Of a stretch of DNA of 64,000 bases, positions 1 through 10,232 are shown piece by piece. Both the position numbers and the translations under genes were made by a program. The notes under the pieces were generated by a model. It saw only the letters and a program-made list of their open reading frames with translations. It made no database searches and was not told the origin of the DNA. Position 1 is the stretch's first letter. Every line of letters begins with the position of its first letter. Origin of the DNA: an uncultured Chloroflexia bacterium (GTDB lineage: Bacteria > Chloroflexota > Limnocylindria > Limnocylindrales > CSP1-4); NCBI GenBank assembly GCA_963807035.1, contig CAWEAL010000006.1, forward strand, positions 81,994-145,993, read 5' to 3'.

Positions 1-159
1 GTGTCCGTGATCGAGATCCTGGTCTCGATCGGGATCCTGGTCCTGGCGATCGCAGGCTCGCTCTGGTTCGCGGCGCGGGTATACGCGGCCGGCGTCCTCC
101 TCTACGGGCAGCGTCCTGGGCTTCGTGCAACGTGGCGCCTGATCCGGGAGGGAAACTGA
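1..159 (+). CDS. 3' end of an integral-membrane permease gene (ABC-2-permease-like C-terminus); the 5' part lies outside the window
   Basis: Own translation of frame 1 gives VSVIEILVSIGILVLAIAGSLWFAARVYAAGVLLYGQRPGLRATWRLIREGN, then TGA at 157-159. It is a hydrophobic helix plus a basic tail, and too short for the ORF track. Confidence 0.4.
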   Translation: MSVIEILVSIGILVLAIAGSLWFAARVYAAGVLLYGQRPGLRATWRLIREGN

Positions 160-216
160 TCCCAGGGAGGGCAGCCAGGCGCACCGCGTCGCACGGCGGC
201 AGCCTCGACGTGACGC

Positions 217-263
217 TAGAATGGGCCGCCTGGGTGGGGACTGGACCATCGTGAACCTCGCTG
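217..263. repeat. Left copy of a perfect 47-bp direct repeat (tagaatgggccgcctgggtggggactggaccatcgtgaacctcgctg)
   Basis: The identical 47-mer recurs at 5904-5950. Identity extends to 53 bp with one mismatch (211-263 vs 5898-5950). Confidence 0.9.
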
Positions 264-294
264 GGCGCGACGCCTATTCGATCGTGCGAACCAA

Positions 295-373
295 GGTCTA
301 CGGGCCATGACCGGAGCGTGCGGCTCTCGGTCCAACGAGCGGGTCTACGGGCCATGACCGGAGCGTGCGGCTC
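295..373. repeat. Two copies of a 32-bp direct repeat (ggtctacgggccatgaccggagcgtgcggctc) separated by 15 bp
   Basis: Copies at 295-326 and 342-373, read directly from the sequence. Non-coding, just inside the left 47-bp repeat. Confidence 0.85.
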
Positions 374-396
374 CCTTGCTGGTCGTGTCGACCGGC

Positions 397-873
397 TCAG
401 CCCACGGCCTTCTTGACCAGCTCGGCGATCCGCTTCTCGTCCGCCGCCGTGAGGCGCGTGAGGGCGAAGGCGGTGGGCCACATCTGTGGTTCGTCGAGCC
501 GGGCATCGTGCTGGAAGCCAAGCGTGGCGTAGCGCATCTTGAACTTCGACTTCGCCTGGAAGAAGCAGATCACCTTGCCGTCCCGGGAATAGGCTGGCAT
601 CCCGTAGAACGTCCGGGGCACGAGCTCCGGGGCGGTCTCGAGGACGATCTCATGGATGCGGGCTGCCATCGCCCGATCGTCGTCGGACATCTCGGCGATC
701 TTGGCCTGCACGTCGGCCTCGCCCTCGACGCGCTGCTCCTCCGGGCTGCGTTTCGCCGCCTTCTTTCGCTCCCGGATGGTCTCCTGCATCGCGGCGCGCT
801 CTTCGTCGCTCAAGACATTGGCGGACGCCCGCGTCGAGCTGCGACGCTTGGTCGTTGTCTTCGGATCGGTCAT
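397..873 (-). CDS. DUF1801 (YdhG-like) domain protein
   Basis: ORF 397..978(-). The internal ATG at 873 gives MTDPKTTTKRR... The C-terminal part, ...FYGMPAYSRDGKVICFFQAKSKFKMRYATLGF...TAFALTRLTAADEKRIAELVKKAV, is typical of the DUF1801 family. Confidence 0.7.
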   Translation of the reverse strand: MTDPKTTTKRRSSTRASANVLSDEERAAMQETIRERKKAAKRSPEEQRVEGEADVQAKIAEMSDDDRAMAARIHEIVLETAPELVPRTFYGMPAYSRDGKVICFFQAKSKFKMRYATLGFQHDARLDEPQMWPTAFALTRLTAADEKRIAELVKKAVG

Positions 874-1269
874 GTCGCTTCGTCCTTTCGCTCGTCCGAC
901 TCGATCTTGGCGCTCCTGATTGCTGATCTTGTGTCTTTCACCTGCACATCTCCCTCTCCTCCCGAGGCGATGGCGCACTCGAGAGCGTCACCTGAGACGG
1001 TGCGCTATGAACGGATCGTGAGAAGGAACTGACCCGGGATCATCGCGGACACGGCCCGGCGGGCCAACGGCTCAGAGCGAGATCCCCGAGCGATTGTCGA
1101 AAGTCCGAGTCGAGGCGGATGACACGTAGGCCACCACGAGGCTGCGGCGCTTGGCGATCCCCCATTGCCAAGTCGCTCCCGCCCGTCCAAGACTGCTCCT
1201 GTTCAGGTTCGGGGCAGACGGTACCAACCGGTTGCAGACCCTGTGAGGCCCGACCGTTGGAGGTGTCAG

Positions 1270-1752
1270 ATGGCCGATCTCCCACCGCCCCCTGAGGGGA
1301 TTGTGCTGGCCCACTTCATCGTCTCGGACGATGTCGAGCGCTCGCGGCGCTTCTATACCGAAGTCCTCGGCGGCAGGGTGGCCTTCTCCGGCCCCGGAGG
1401 GCTGACCTACGTCGCACTGTCCAACACGTGGGTCATCATCAATGTCGGCGGAGGCCCGACCGACGACAAGCCTTCGGTCACCCTGGAGACACCCCGCGAT
1501 CCCGACCGGGTCAGCAGCTTCCTCAATATCCGGGTCAGAGACATCGAGGCCGTGTACCACGAGTGGAGCGCCAGGGGTGCTCGATTCCTGACGCCACCGA
1601 AACGGCACCAATACGAGATCCGTTGCTATCTCCGGGATCCTGACGGCCACCTGATCGAAGTGGGGCAAACCACGGACCCGGACGGGGACTGGTCCCCCGA
1701 TCACTGGCCTGCGAGCACCGCCGGCCAGGAGTCAGAGGGAATGCCGAGTTGA
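1270..1752 (+). CDS. VOC (glyoxalase/bleomycin-resistance/dioxygenase) family protein
   Basis: ORF 1165..1752. The ATG at 1270 gives MADLPPPPEGIVLAHFIVSDDVERSRRFYTEVLGG...YLRDPDGHLIEVGQ, a classic VOC fold signature. Confidence 0.8.
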   Translation: MADLPPPPEGIVLAHFIVSDDVERSRRFYTEVLGGRVAFSGPGGLTYVALSNTWVIINVGGGPTDDKPSVTLETPRDPDRVSSFLNIRVRDIEAVYHEWSARGARFLTPPKRHQYEIRCYLRDPDGHLIEVGQTTDPDGDWSPDHWPASTAGQESEGMPS

Positions 1753-1862
1753 CCAGCAGGTTGGACTCGCCCCGCACAGTTGCGATCACGGACTTGGCTG
1801 AGGACCGAACCCAGCCAGCACGATGACCAGATGGTCACGGTCCCCGTGAAAAGCGACCTCGC

Positions 1863-2333
1863 TCACCCGACCGACACACGTGTCTTCAGGTCCTTGACGG
1901 TCCGGCCATTCTTCAGGTGATAAGCGAGAAGACCTACAGACACGCCGGAAGGGGCCCCGTGGATAACACACTCACCACCGAGAAGGTCTTCGCCGGACGC
2001 CCGTCCGCTAGCTCGACAGCGTGTCGGTCGGAGAAGAAGACGCTGCCAACGGCGGTTTCTTCGCCGCAGCTGGCGCAGGGCTCTGTCGGAGGCTCGTGAC
2101 CCGCGGTGGTCGGACTGAGCGGGCGGACAACGCCCGATCGGATCGAGTGCGGCACGTTTGATCCTCCTGGGTAGGGTTCTTGGACATCGACGCTGCGCGT
2201 CCACCCGATCCGCGTCAAGTGCTCGATCAGCCGCGCAGTGGCGTGCCTCGACCACGACGTTCTCATCGTGCGCCGGCGGGTCGATCGACCTTGGTGCTCG
2301 GGAAGTGTCTGCATCGAGGCCGTGGTCTGTCAC
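1863..2333 (-). CDS. Possible hypothetical gene, probably frameshifted; function unknown
   Basis: Three overlapping minus-strand ORFs (1786..1971, 1863..2333, 1934..2314) each carry protein-like stretches (PCASCGEETAVGSVFFSDRHAVELADGRPAKTF; GLLAYHLKNGRTVKDLKTRV). I recognised no family. Confidence 0.2.
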   Translation of the reverse strand: MTDHGLDADTSRAPRSIDPPAHDENVVVEARHCAADRALDADRVDAQRRCPRTLPRRIKRAALDPIGRCPPAQSDHRGSRASDRALRQLRRRNRRWQRLLLRPTRCRASGRASGEDLLGGECVIHGAPSGVSVGLLAYHLKNGRTVKDLKTRVSVG

Positions 2334-3583
2334 CCGGTCGAGTCGGGCCCGTGGTTCACGGATCCCAGCTGACGTGACGAGATCGCGGGCAGTGCCGCGC
2401 CGACGAGGACCGCGAGAAGAACGAGAGCGGACCCGTTGAGGCCTTGGGCGAACGGAGCGCCCAGGAGTCCGCCCAGGAGTCCAGTCTCGATATGCCCGGC
2501 CAGGCCCAGTCCGACGCAGAACATCCAGACGCCCATCGCCGATCCCCGCTGCTCCTCGGAAACAGCGTGCTGCAGTTGTGCCTGCCCGACCGCATCGACC
2601 GCGGCACCAGCGGCACCGATCGCGCCAGCCAGGATCAGTGCGACGCCGAGCATCGGCGTGATGGCGAAGGCGATGAGGGCGACACCGAACGCTCCGGCGA
2701 GCAAGGCGAACGAGCCGACCGTTCGCCAGCGCGACGAGGTCGTCGCAATCGCCAGGAGTCCGAGCGTGCCGCCGACCGCCCGTGCACTCAACAGCCAGCC
2801 CAGGCCGGCGGCGCCGATCCCGAACACATCACGGGCGAAGCTCGGCAGGAGGGTCATGCTCGAAAACGCGAACAGCTCGGCCCCCGCGACGACGATCGCG
2901 ATCATGGCGACCTGACGGTTCCGGATGATCGCGGCGGCGGCCCGTCCCACGGCCACGGGTGCTCCGCTGACTTTGGCAGCGGGAGGAAGGACGCCCCGCG
3001 GGACGAGCAGGGCGCCTGCCAGGTAAGCAACCGCCGCAAGGAGCAAGGTCGACGTCGGACCCAGGGCAGCAAGGCCATACCCGCCGACGATCCCGGCGAA
3101 GATCCCGGAGACCTGGGCCGCGAGGTTGCTCAAGGCGATCGCATTCGTCGCCGATCGGCGCCCGACGAGGTCAAACGCCATCGCCGATGCGGCAGTCACC
3201 CGGACGGCGTCACAGACACTGACCAGAAAGGCTCCCGCGGCGAGAATGGGCAGGCCGATGGCGCCACCGACCGAGGCGAGGCAGAGGAGCCCGATGACCG
3301 CGCCCGAGCCGACATTGGCGGCCAGCACGAGGTGCGACCGCGAGAATTGGTCCGCCACGGCGCCGGCCGGAATACCGAAGAGAAGTTGGGGCAGTACGCG
3401 GGCCGCGAGCAGCACGCCAACTGCCAGGGTTGAGCCCTGCGTGCCCAGGGCCAGCCAGCTGAGCACGAGCACACTCGAGTACATCGCGAAGCCGCTCAGC
3501 AACCCCGAGGCCCACAGCCAGCGGAACGAGGCCAGGCGGAGGGAGGCGAAGATACCCTCGTTGGCCCGTGGGACGGGAGTCAC
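2330..3583 (-). CDS. MFS transporter
   Basis: ORF 2330..3907(-). A GTG at 3583 precedes FASLRLASFRWLWASGLLSGFAMYSS...VGVLLAARVLPQLLFGIPAGAVADQFSR, followed by about 12 hydrophobic segments. The upstream 108 codons look non-coding. Confidence 0.85.
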   Translation of the reverse strand: MTPVPRANEGIFASLRLASFRWLWASGLLSGFAMYSSVLVLSWLALGTQGSTLAVGVLLAARVLPQLLFGIPAGAVADQFSRSHLVLAANVGSGAVIGLLCLASVGGAIGLPILAAGAFLVSVCDAVRVTAASAMAFDLVGRRSATNAIALSNLAAQVSGIFAGIVGGYGLAALGPTSTLLLAAVAYLAGALLVPRGVLPPAAKVSGAPVAVGRAAAAIIRNRQVAMIAIVVAGAELFAFSSMTLLPSFARDVFGIGAAGLGWLLSARAVGGTLGLLAIATTSSRWRTVGSFALLAGAFGVALIAFAITPMLGVALILAGAIGAAGAAVDAVGQAQLQHAVSEEQRGSAMGVWMFCVGLGLAGHIETGLLGGLLGAPFAQGLNGSALVLLAVLVGAALPAISSRQLGSVNHGPDSTG

Positions 3584-3972
3584 GCCCAGGAAGCTGGGTC
3601 GGGCCGTGCGTCGTGGGCACACACGAACCCAACGTTCGGGTGGAAAGGCAGCGCAGGTCCACCCATTCGGCACTCGTCCATTTCTCGATCGCCCCGGCGC
3701 CTGCGCAACCGATTGCAAGACACTAGCCGCGGCCAGTGGTTGCGTCAAGAGAACAGCCACTCGTGGCCACCCCCACACGAGTTGGTCATCGTGTGGGATG
3801 CGATCCAGCAGACCCGCGTGGTGCCCAGCACGGGACCACGCGATCCCGATCGACACGACCGTCGTCGCGACCTCGGCCTCGAGGGTCGCCAGGTCGGGGC
3901 CGCGCACGACGGCGAGGCTGCAGTAGAGGTCGCGGCCTTGTGCGGCTATCCACCGACCTGGGAGATCACGAC

Positions 3973-5179
3973 ATGCGTGTCTTGCTGACGGCGTGGGGCT
4001 CGCGGGGCGACCTCCAGCCCCTCGCGGCCCTCGCCCTCCGGCTGCGCGAGCTCGGGGCAGAGGTCCGGGTGTGCGCGCCGCCGGACGAGGAGTTCGCGGA
4101 GCTCTTCGCCCGCGTAGGCGCGACGCTCATCCCGCTCGGCCCATCGACGCGATCCGTGACGGCCGGGCTGAAGGCGCCGTCGCCGGACGCCGCGTTCCGG
4201 CTCGCGGCGGAGCTCGTCGCCGCGCGGTTCGAGACACTTCCCGCAGCGGCCGAGGGGTGTGACGCAATCGTCGCGACCGGCCTGATGCCGGCGGGAGCAC
4301 GGGATGTCGCCGAGAAGCTCGGCATCCGCTACGTGCTCGCGACCTTCCACATCTTCGGGCTGCCGTCGCGGCACTTCCCGCCGTCGGCGCGGCCCGGCAG
4401 GCAGTCGCCCGTGGGCGAGACCGACAACCGGGTGCTCTGGGCACAGGACGCGGAGCGCGTCAACGCGCTGTACGCGGAGCCGCTCAACCGGGGCCGCGCG
4501 GCGATCGGCCTGCCCCCGGTCGACAACGTCCGCGACCACGTCCTCACGGACCAGGCCCTGGCTGGCGGCCGACCCGCTCCTCGCCCCGTGGAAGGAGCTG
4601 ACCGATCTCGACATCGTCCAGACCGGGGCCTGGATCCTGCCCGACGACCGCCCACTCCCGAACGAGCTGGAGGCGTTCCTCGACGCGGGCGAGCCACCCG
4701 TGTACGTGGGCTTCGGAAGCATGGCGATGCGCGCCTCGGCGGACCTCGGCCGGGTGGCGATCGAGGCGAGCCGCGCCCACGGCCGCCGCCTCATCCTCGG
4801 CCGAGGCTGGGCCGATCTTTCGCTGACCGACGACCGGGCCGACTGCCTCGTCGTCGGCGACGTGAACCACCAGGCGCTGTTCCCCCGCGTCGCCGCCGTC
4901 GTGCATCACGGCGGCGCGGGCACGACGACGACGGCCGCCCTGGCGGGCGCGCCGCAGGTCGTGGTGCCCCAGGTCGTCGACCAGCCGCACTGGGCGCGCC
5001 GGGTGGCCGAGCTCGGTATCGGCGCGGCACACGACGGTCCCGTTCCGACCTCGGAATCCCTCGCGGGCGCGCTCGGAACGGCCCTGGCCCCCGAGACGCG
5101 GGCACGCGCGACCGCGGTGGCCGTCCAGGTCCGCACGGACGGAGCCACGGTGGCCGCGAGGCGGCTGCTCGAGTCGTGA
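3973..5179 (+). CDS. GT1-family glycosyltransferase (MGT/UDP-glycosyltransferase-like), interrupted by one frameshift near 4555-4565
   Basis: [37 protein letters not shown]... is in the frame of ORF 3736..5247. The sequence continues as [12 protein letters not shown]...[10 protein letters not shown]...[32 protein letters not shown] in ORF 4304..5179. Confidence 0.8.
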
Positions 5180-5267
5180 GCACACTGTCCGCCGCTTCTG
5201 AGCGCCGGTCATCCAGGGCGACGATCGTCGCCGCGCCACCTGGTTGACTCGCCGCGCCACCCGCTAG

Positions 5268-5457
5268 GGTGACCTACGAATACCGGGGCCCGACCCAACC
5301 CACCCAGCAACTCCCGTTGGCCGCGCCGAACACCGGCCTCTCGTAGGACGGCTATCGCAGCTTGACCAGGCAAAGGCCGCGGGACTGATTTCCGACGAGG
5401 AATATGCCGCGAGGCGAGCCAAGATCCTCGACACCGTCCGGACGGGCCGCGGCTAAC
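5268..5457 (+). pseudogene. SHOCT-domain remnant without a usable start codon
   Basis: Own translation gives ...GRLSQLDQAKAAGLISDEEYAARRAKILDTVRTGRG*. This fits the SHOCT pattern (L..L...G.I.deEy...r.kiL). A TAG lies just upstream at 5265-5267, and there is no ATG/GTG/TTG in frame. Confidence 0.35.
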
Positions 5458-5603
5458 GAGCTCGTCGCGCCATGCGTCGGCAAACTCGTGCTCCGGCTCG
5501 TCGATCAGCCGCAAGGTGTCGTGGGCGTACTCGAGTGCCCGCTCCTGCTCGTTGCGGAGCACGGGCGGGACCGGGTGGCGCATTTGCTCCTCTAGCTCGG
5601 CGA

Positions 5604-6011
5604 TCAACGCCCGCAGGGCGAGCCGTTCGGGACCTCGCCTTCTTCCTCGAGCCAACGGAAGGACTGCTGCAACGAGCGGAAGCGCTGCGAGACGGTCGCG
5701 GGCCTGGCGCCCCGATCCTGCATCGCCACGAGGAACGCCTCGACATGCTCCCGGTGGATATTGGCCACGTCGACCGGCATCCCGGATGCCTCGAGGAAGT
5801 CGGCGAGCTGGTCGACCGCCTTGCCGTAGGTCGCGATCGTCGACGGGGCCTTGTTCGTCGCCCGGAGATGCCGGTTGAACGGCGGCACGTTGGACCTGAC
5901 GGTAGAATGGGCCGCCTGGGTGGGGACTGGACCATCGTGAACCTCGCTGATCGTCGGGTTTGACCGCCTCGACGCTGATGCGCCGTACGAGCGATGGAGG
6001 TATGCCACCAT
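5604..6011 (-). pseudogene. Tyrosine recombinase (phage integrase) N-terminal SAM-like domain only; the catalytic domain is missing
   Basis: ORF 5604..6119(-) contains FNRHLRATNKAPSTIATYGKAVDQLADFLEASGMPVDVANIHREHVEAFLVAMQDRGARPATVSQRFRSLQQSFRWLEEEGE and then stops. No R..HxxR..Y catalytic region follows in any frame. The ORF's 5' extension overlaps the tRNA and is spurious. Confidence 0.6.
5904..5950. repeat. Right copy of the perfect 47-bp direct repeat
   Basis: Identical to 217-263. It lies within or just upstream of the integrase fragment's 5' end, 118 bp from tRNA-Met. Confidence 0.9.
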
Positions 6012-6068
6012 CCGGCTCGAAACCCGGGCATGGGCTCCAATTGAGCACAGACTGGGGACGATGCACGC

Positions 6069-6143
6069 GGCGGAGTAGCTCAGTGGTAGAGCAGGGGACT
6101 CATAAGCCCTTGGTCGCAAGTTCGACTCTTGCCTCCGCTACCA
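6069..6143 (+). tRNA. tRNA-Met (anticodon CAT; could alternatively be a lysidine-modified tRNA-Ile2), CCA encoded
   Basis: Hand-folded cloverleaf: acceptor ggcggag/ctccgct, D arm gctc-agtggta-gagc, anticodon loop ctCATaa, T arm gcaag-ttcgact-cttgc, then a-cca. Confidence 0.85.
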
Positions 6144-6173
6144 ATCCCTGATTCAGGATCCAGGACGGCCTCC

Positions 6174-6482
6174 ATGTCCGAGACGATCCGGAAGCTGTTC
6201 CGGCTGGCGGCCATCGAGACGTCCGAAGGTCCGCTCCATATCCTGTGGACCCTCGACGAGGAGGGGGTGTGGGTCCTGCCCTGGGCATCGCACCAGGCCG
6301 CCGACCAGCGCCGGCTGGGCGAGACGATCGGGCGGGTCGGCTCGTTCGCCGACCCGCGAATGCCCGCCGAGATCGTCGAGCTGACCCGGTCCGGGGCGAC
6401 CTTCGTCGAGCTGACCGGTTCGCAGGCGGCCGCGATCGCCCGCGAGGTAGCCTCTGCGCTGCCGGCGGTCGCCAGCGCCTGA
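6174..6482 (+). CDS. Hypothetical protein
   Basis: ORF 6129..6482. The ATG at 6174 gives MSETIRKLFRLAAIETSEGPLHILWTLDEEGVWVLPW... The composition is protein-like, but I recognised no family. Confidence 0.5.
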   Translation: MSETIRKLFRLAAIETSEGPLHILWTLDEEGVWVLPWASHQAADQRRLGETIGRVGSFADPRMPAEIVELTRSGATFVELTGSQAAAIAREVASALPAVASA

Positions 6483-6638
6483 CCCGCGCACGGAGCTCAT
6501 CCGGCAGGGGTTCCACCCCGTACTACCGGTGTAATGACCAGGAGCGACTGGTTAACGGGCCAGGATCGGGGCCGAGGGTATACTCGGTTTCGAGGCTGGC
6601 GCACCGTCGCCCGCCGACCGACTCGGAGGCTCTCTTTC

Positions 6639-8560
6639 TTGAACGCCAAATTCGCCCGCAACGGGATCGTGATGCTGGTCCTCGTGGTCGGGACCCTCGT
6701 GCTCCTCTACCAGTTGCTCGGCCAGTCCAGCCAGCCCAACTCGACCGCCTACTCGCAGTTCCTGGCGTACGTTCAGGGCGGCAAGGTCGCCAGCGTCACC
6801 CAGGAGCAGTCGACCCTGACCGTGACCCCCACCGACCCGACGGCTGCGACGTACACCGTCACCGTGCCGCCGATCCTGACCAATGTGTATCAGGACATGC
6901 AGGCGGCGGCGAAGGCCGGCAACGTGACCCTCCCGCAGGGGGTGTTCACGGCCAAGGACGCGCCCGACACGTCGTGGATCGGCCTGCTGCTGACCGGCCT
7001 GCCTGCCGCTGCTCGTGATCGGCGGCTTCATCTTCTTCATGATGCGCCAGGCCCAGGGCACCAACAACCAGGCCATGTCGCTTCGGCAAGAGCCGGGCCC
7101 GGATGTTCCTGGGCAACAAGACCGTCGTGACGTTCGCCGACGTGGCCGGCGTCGACGAGGCCAAGATGGAGCTCCAGGAGGTCGTCGAGTTCCTGAAGTA
7201 CCCCGAGAAGTTCAACTCGCTCGGCGCCCGCATCCCGCGCGGCGTGCTCCTGGTCGGGCCCTCCCGGCACCGGCAAGACGCTGATGGCCCGGGCCGTCGC
7301 CGGCGAGGCCGGCGTGCCGTTCTTCAGCATCTCCGGCTCGGAGTTCGTCGAGATGTTCGTGGGCGTCGGCGCCAGCCGCGTCCGCGACCTGTTCGACCAG
7401 GCCAAGCGCAACCGCCCGTGCATCGTGTTCGTGGACGAGATCGACGCGGTCGGCCGCCAGCGCGGCGCCGGCCTCGGCGGCTCGCACGACGAGCGCGAGC
7501 AGACCCTCAACCAGATCCTGGTCGAGATGGACGGCTTCGACACGAACACCAACGTGATCGTGGTCGCCGCCACCAACCGCCCGGACGTCCTCGACCCGGC
7601 GCTCCTGCGGCCCGGCCGCTTCGACCGCCAGGTCATCCTCGACCGGCCCGACATGAAGGGCCGCACCGCGATCCTCAAGGTCCACACCAAGGGCAAGCCG
7701 CTCGACAAGAGCGCTCGACGTGGAGGAGATCGCCCGCCAGTCGCCCGGCTTCTCCGGCGCGGACCTCGCCAACCTCGTCAACGAGGCGGCGATCCTGGCG
7801 GCCCGCCGCAACAAGAAGGTCATCGGGATGAACGAGTTCTCCGGAGGCCCTCGAGCGCATCGTCGCCGGCCCGGAGCGCAAGAGCCGGGTCATCTCGGAC
7901 GAGGAGAAGCGGATCATCGCCTACCACGAGGGCGGCCACGCTGTCGTGCAGCGGATCCTGCCCAAGTGCGACCCGGTCGCCAAGGTCACGGTCATCAGCC
8001 GCGGCATGGCCCTCGGCTACACGATGGCGCTGCCGACCGAGGACCGCTACCTGCAGTCGCAAGACCGAGTTCGAGGACAAGATCGCGGGCCTGCTCGGCG
8101 GCAACGTCGCGGAGCGGCTCGTCTTCGGCGACACGACCACCGGCGCGAGCAACGACATCGAGAAGGCGACCGACCTCGCCCGCCGCATGGTGACCGAGTT
8201 CGGCATGAGCGACCGCTCGGTCCGCTCTCGTTCGGCAAGCGCGACGAGATGGTCTTCCTCGGCCGCGACATCGGCGAGCAGCGCAACTACTCGGACGAGG
8301 TCGCCAAGATGATCGACGAGGAGGTCCGGGCGATCATCGACCGCGCCTACGAGCGGGCCACCGAGGTCCTGACCACGCACCGCGACCGGCTCGACCGGCT
8401 GGCCGAGAAGCTGATCGCCGAGGAGACCGTCGACTCGGCGAGCTTCGAGACGCTCTTCGACGACCTGCCGCCCAAGTCCGACGTGCGGAATCCCGCGGTT
8501 CGATCGTCGCCCCCGGCGACACCGGACCAGCTGGCCGAGCCCGCGCCGCATCCGATCTGA
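6639..8560 (+). CDS. ftsH: ATP-dependent zinc metalloprotease FtsH, broken by at least 7 frame changes
   Basis: The conserved FtsH sequence is spread over ORFs 6534, 7015, 7103, 7284, 7720 and 7946. Blocks include [105 protein letters not shown] (the HEXXH zinc site) and [21 protein letters not shown] start at 6639. Confidence 0.9.
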
Positions 8561-8662
8561 CCCCCCGAGCGGCTGAGGCGAACGGGCGAGCCCTGGCGGT
8601 TCGGCCGTTCCAATTCCGGCGGCGACGTACCGCCGGCCGAGGCGACCGCCTCACCGCTACAC

Positions 8663-10138
8663 TTGGCCGGGGCTGCCCACGCCCGCCCCAACCATCGAGA
8701 CCGAGGCGCCCGAACGCCGATCGACAGCGACCTCGAAGCCTCCCTCGAGACGACCGCCGACCGACGGATCGAGTCGCTCCTCGAGTTCGCGCGGATCCCG
8801 AGCATCTCGGCCCAGCCCGAGCACGCCGGGGACATGCCGCACGGCGGCCGAGTGGGTGGCCGGCCAGCTGCGCGGCGTGGGCATCGACGAACGTGGAGGT
8901 CGTCCGAGACCGGCGGCCATCCGATCGTCTACGGCGACTGGCTCCACGAGGCCCCGGCGCGCCGACGGTGCTCGTCTACTGCCACTACGACGTCCAGCCG
9001 GTCGATCCGGTCGAGCTGTGGGAGACGGCCCCGTTCGAGCCGTTCGTGCGGGACGGCCGGTTCGTCGGGCGCGGCGTCGGCCGACGACAAGGGCCAGCTC
9101 GCTCATGCACCTCTCGGCGACTCGAGGCGCTCCTGGCGACCCGGGGCGGCGCTGCCGGTCAACCTCACGTTCGTCTTCGAGGGCGAGGAGGAGTTCGGCT
9201 CCGACAGCCTGTACGCCTGGATCGAGGCGAACCGCGACCGCCTGGCGGCCGACGTCGCGGTCATCAGCGACACCGGCTTCTTCGAGGGCAACGTCCCGGC
9301 GATCACGGTCGGCCTGCGCGGGCATCATGTACGCCCAGATCGACGTGCGACGCTCTCGCCGGTCGACCTCCATTCGGGCAGGTACGGCGGCTCCGTCGAG
9401 AACCCGGCCAACGCGCTCGCCCGGATCATCGCGGCGCTCAAGGGCCCCGACGGCCGGATCCGCGATCCCGGGCTTCTACGACGACGTCGTGGCCCTGACC
9501 GGCGGCCGACCGCGCGGCGATGCGCCGCGCTGCCGTTCGACGAGGAGGCCTACCGGGCCGAGATCTCGGCCTGCCGGCGCTCGTCGGCGAGGCGGGCTGG
9601 ACGACGCTCGAGCGCCGCGACGGCCCGCCCGACGCTCGACGTCAACGGGATCTGGGGCGGCTTCCAGGGCGAGGGCGCCAAGACGATCATCCCGGCCCAC
9701 GCCCACGCCAAGGTCTCCGCGCGGCTCGTGGCGGACCAGGACCCGGCGACGATCTTCGAGGCGCTCCGGGCGCTACGTCGCCGAGGTCGCGCCGCCGGGC
9801 GTGACGGTCAGCGCGACCGTACATCCACGGCGGCGAGCCGAGCCTGACCCCGACCGACCACCCGGCGACGCAGGCCGCCGCCCGCGCCCTCGAGGCCGTC
9901 CACGGCGTGGCACCCCGTGTACATCCGCGAGGGCGGCTCGATCCCGGTCACGTGCCAGCTTCGACAACGATCCTCGGGCTGCCGGTCGTGCTGCTCGGCT
10001 TCACCCAGCCCGACTGCAACGCCCACGCCCCCAACGAGTCGCTCGTCGCTGCGCAACTTCGAGACGGCGATCCGGATCATCGGCGCGGCTCTGGGACGAG
10101 CTCGCGCCGCCTGCCGCGCTGAGACCCGCACCGGCTAG
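8663..10138 (+). CDS. M20-family metallopeptidase (dipeptidase/ArgE-DapE-like), with many frame changes; the 3' end is uncertain (10138 or 10193)
   Basis: Motifs are spread over ORFs 8663, 8856, 8893, 9520, 9907 and 9917: LLEFARIPSISAQPE, TVLVYCHYDVQPV, ADDKGQL, NLTFVFEGEEEFGS, HSGRYGGSVENPANALARIIAALK, PTLDVNGIWGGFQGEGAKTIIPAHAHAKVSARLV, YIREGGSIP and NAHAPNES. Confidence 0.8.
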
Positions 10139-10232
10139 TGCAGACATGCGGGACGATCTGGCTGGGTGGGTCGCGACGCTGCGCGGGTGCTAGGATGCCG
10201 CCACTGCGATCACGCGGGAGGATCCATGACGC

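Noticed and set aside
5209-6119. ORFs 5209..6066(-) and 5604..6119(-) taken together, as a possible full-length integrase overlapping the tRNA.
   Set aside because: Only the SAM-like N-domain is recognisable. No catalytic R-H-R-Y region exists in any frame downstream. The 5' extension overlaps tRNA-Met and the 47-bp repeat, so it is an ORF-calling artefact.
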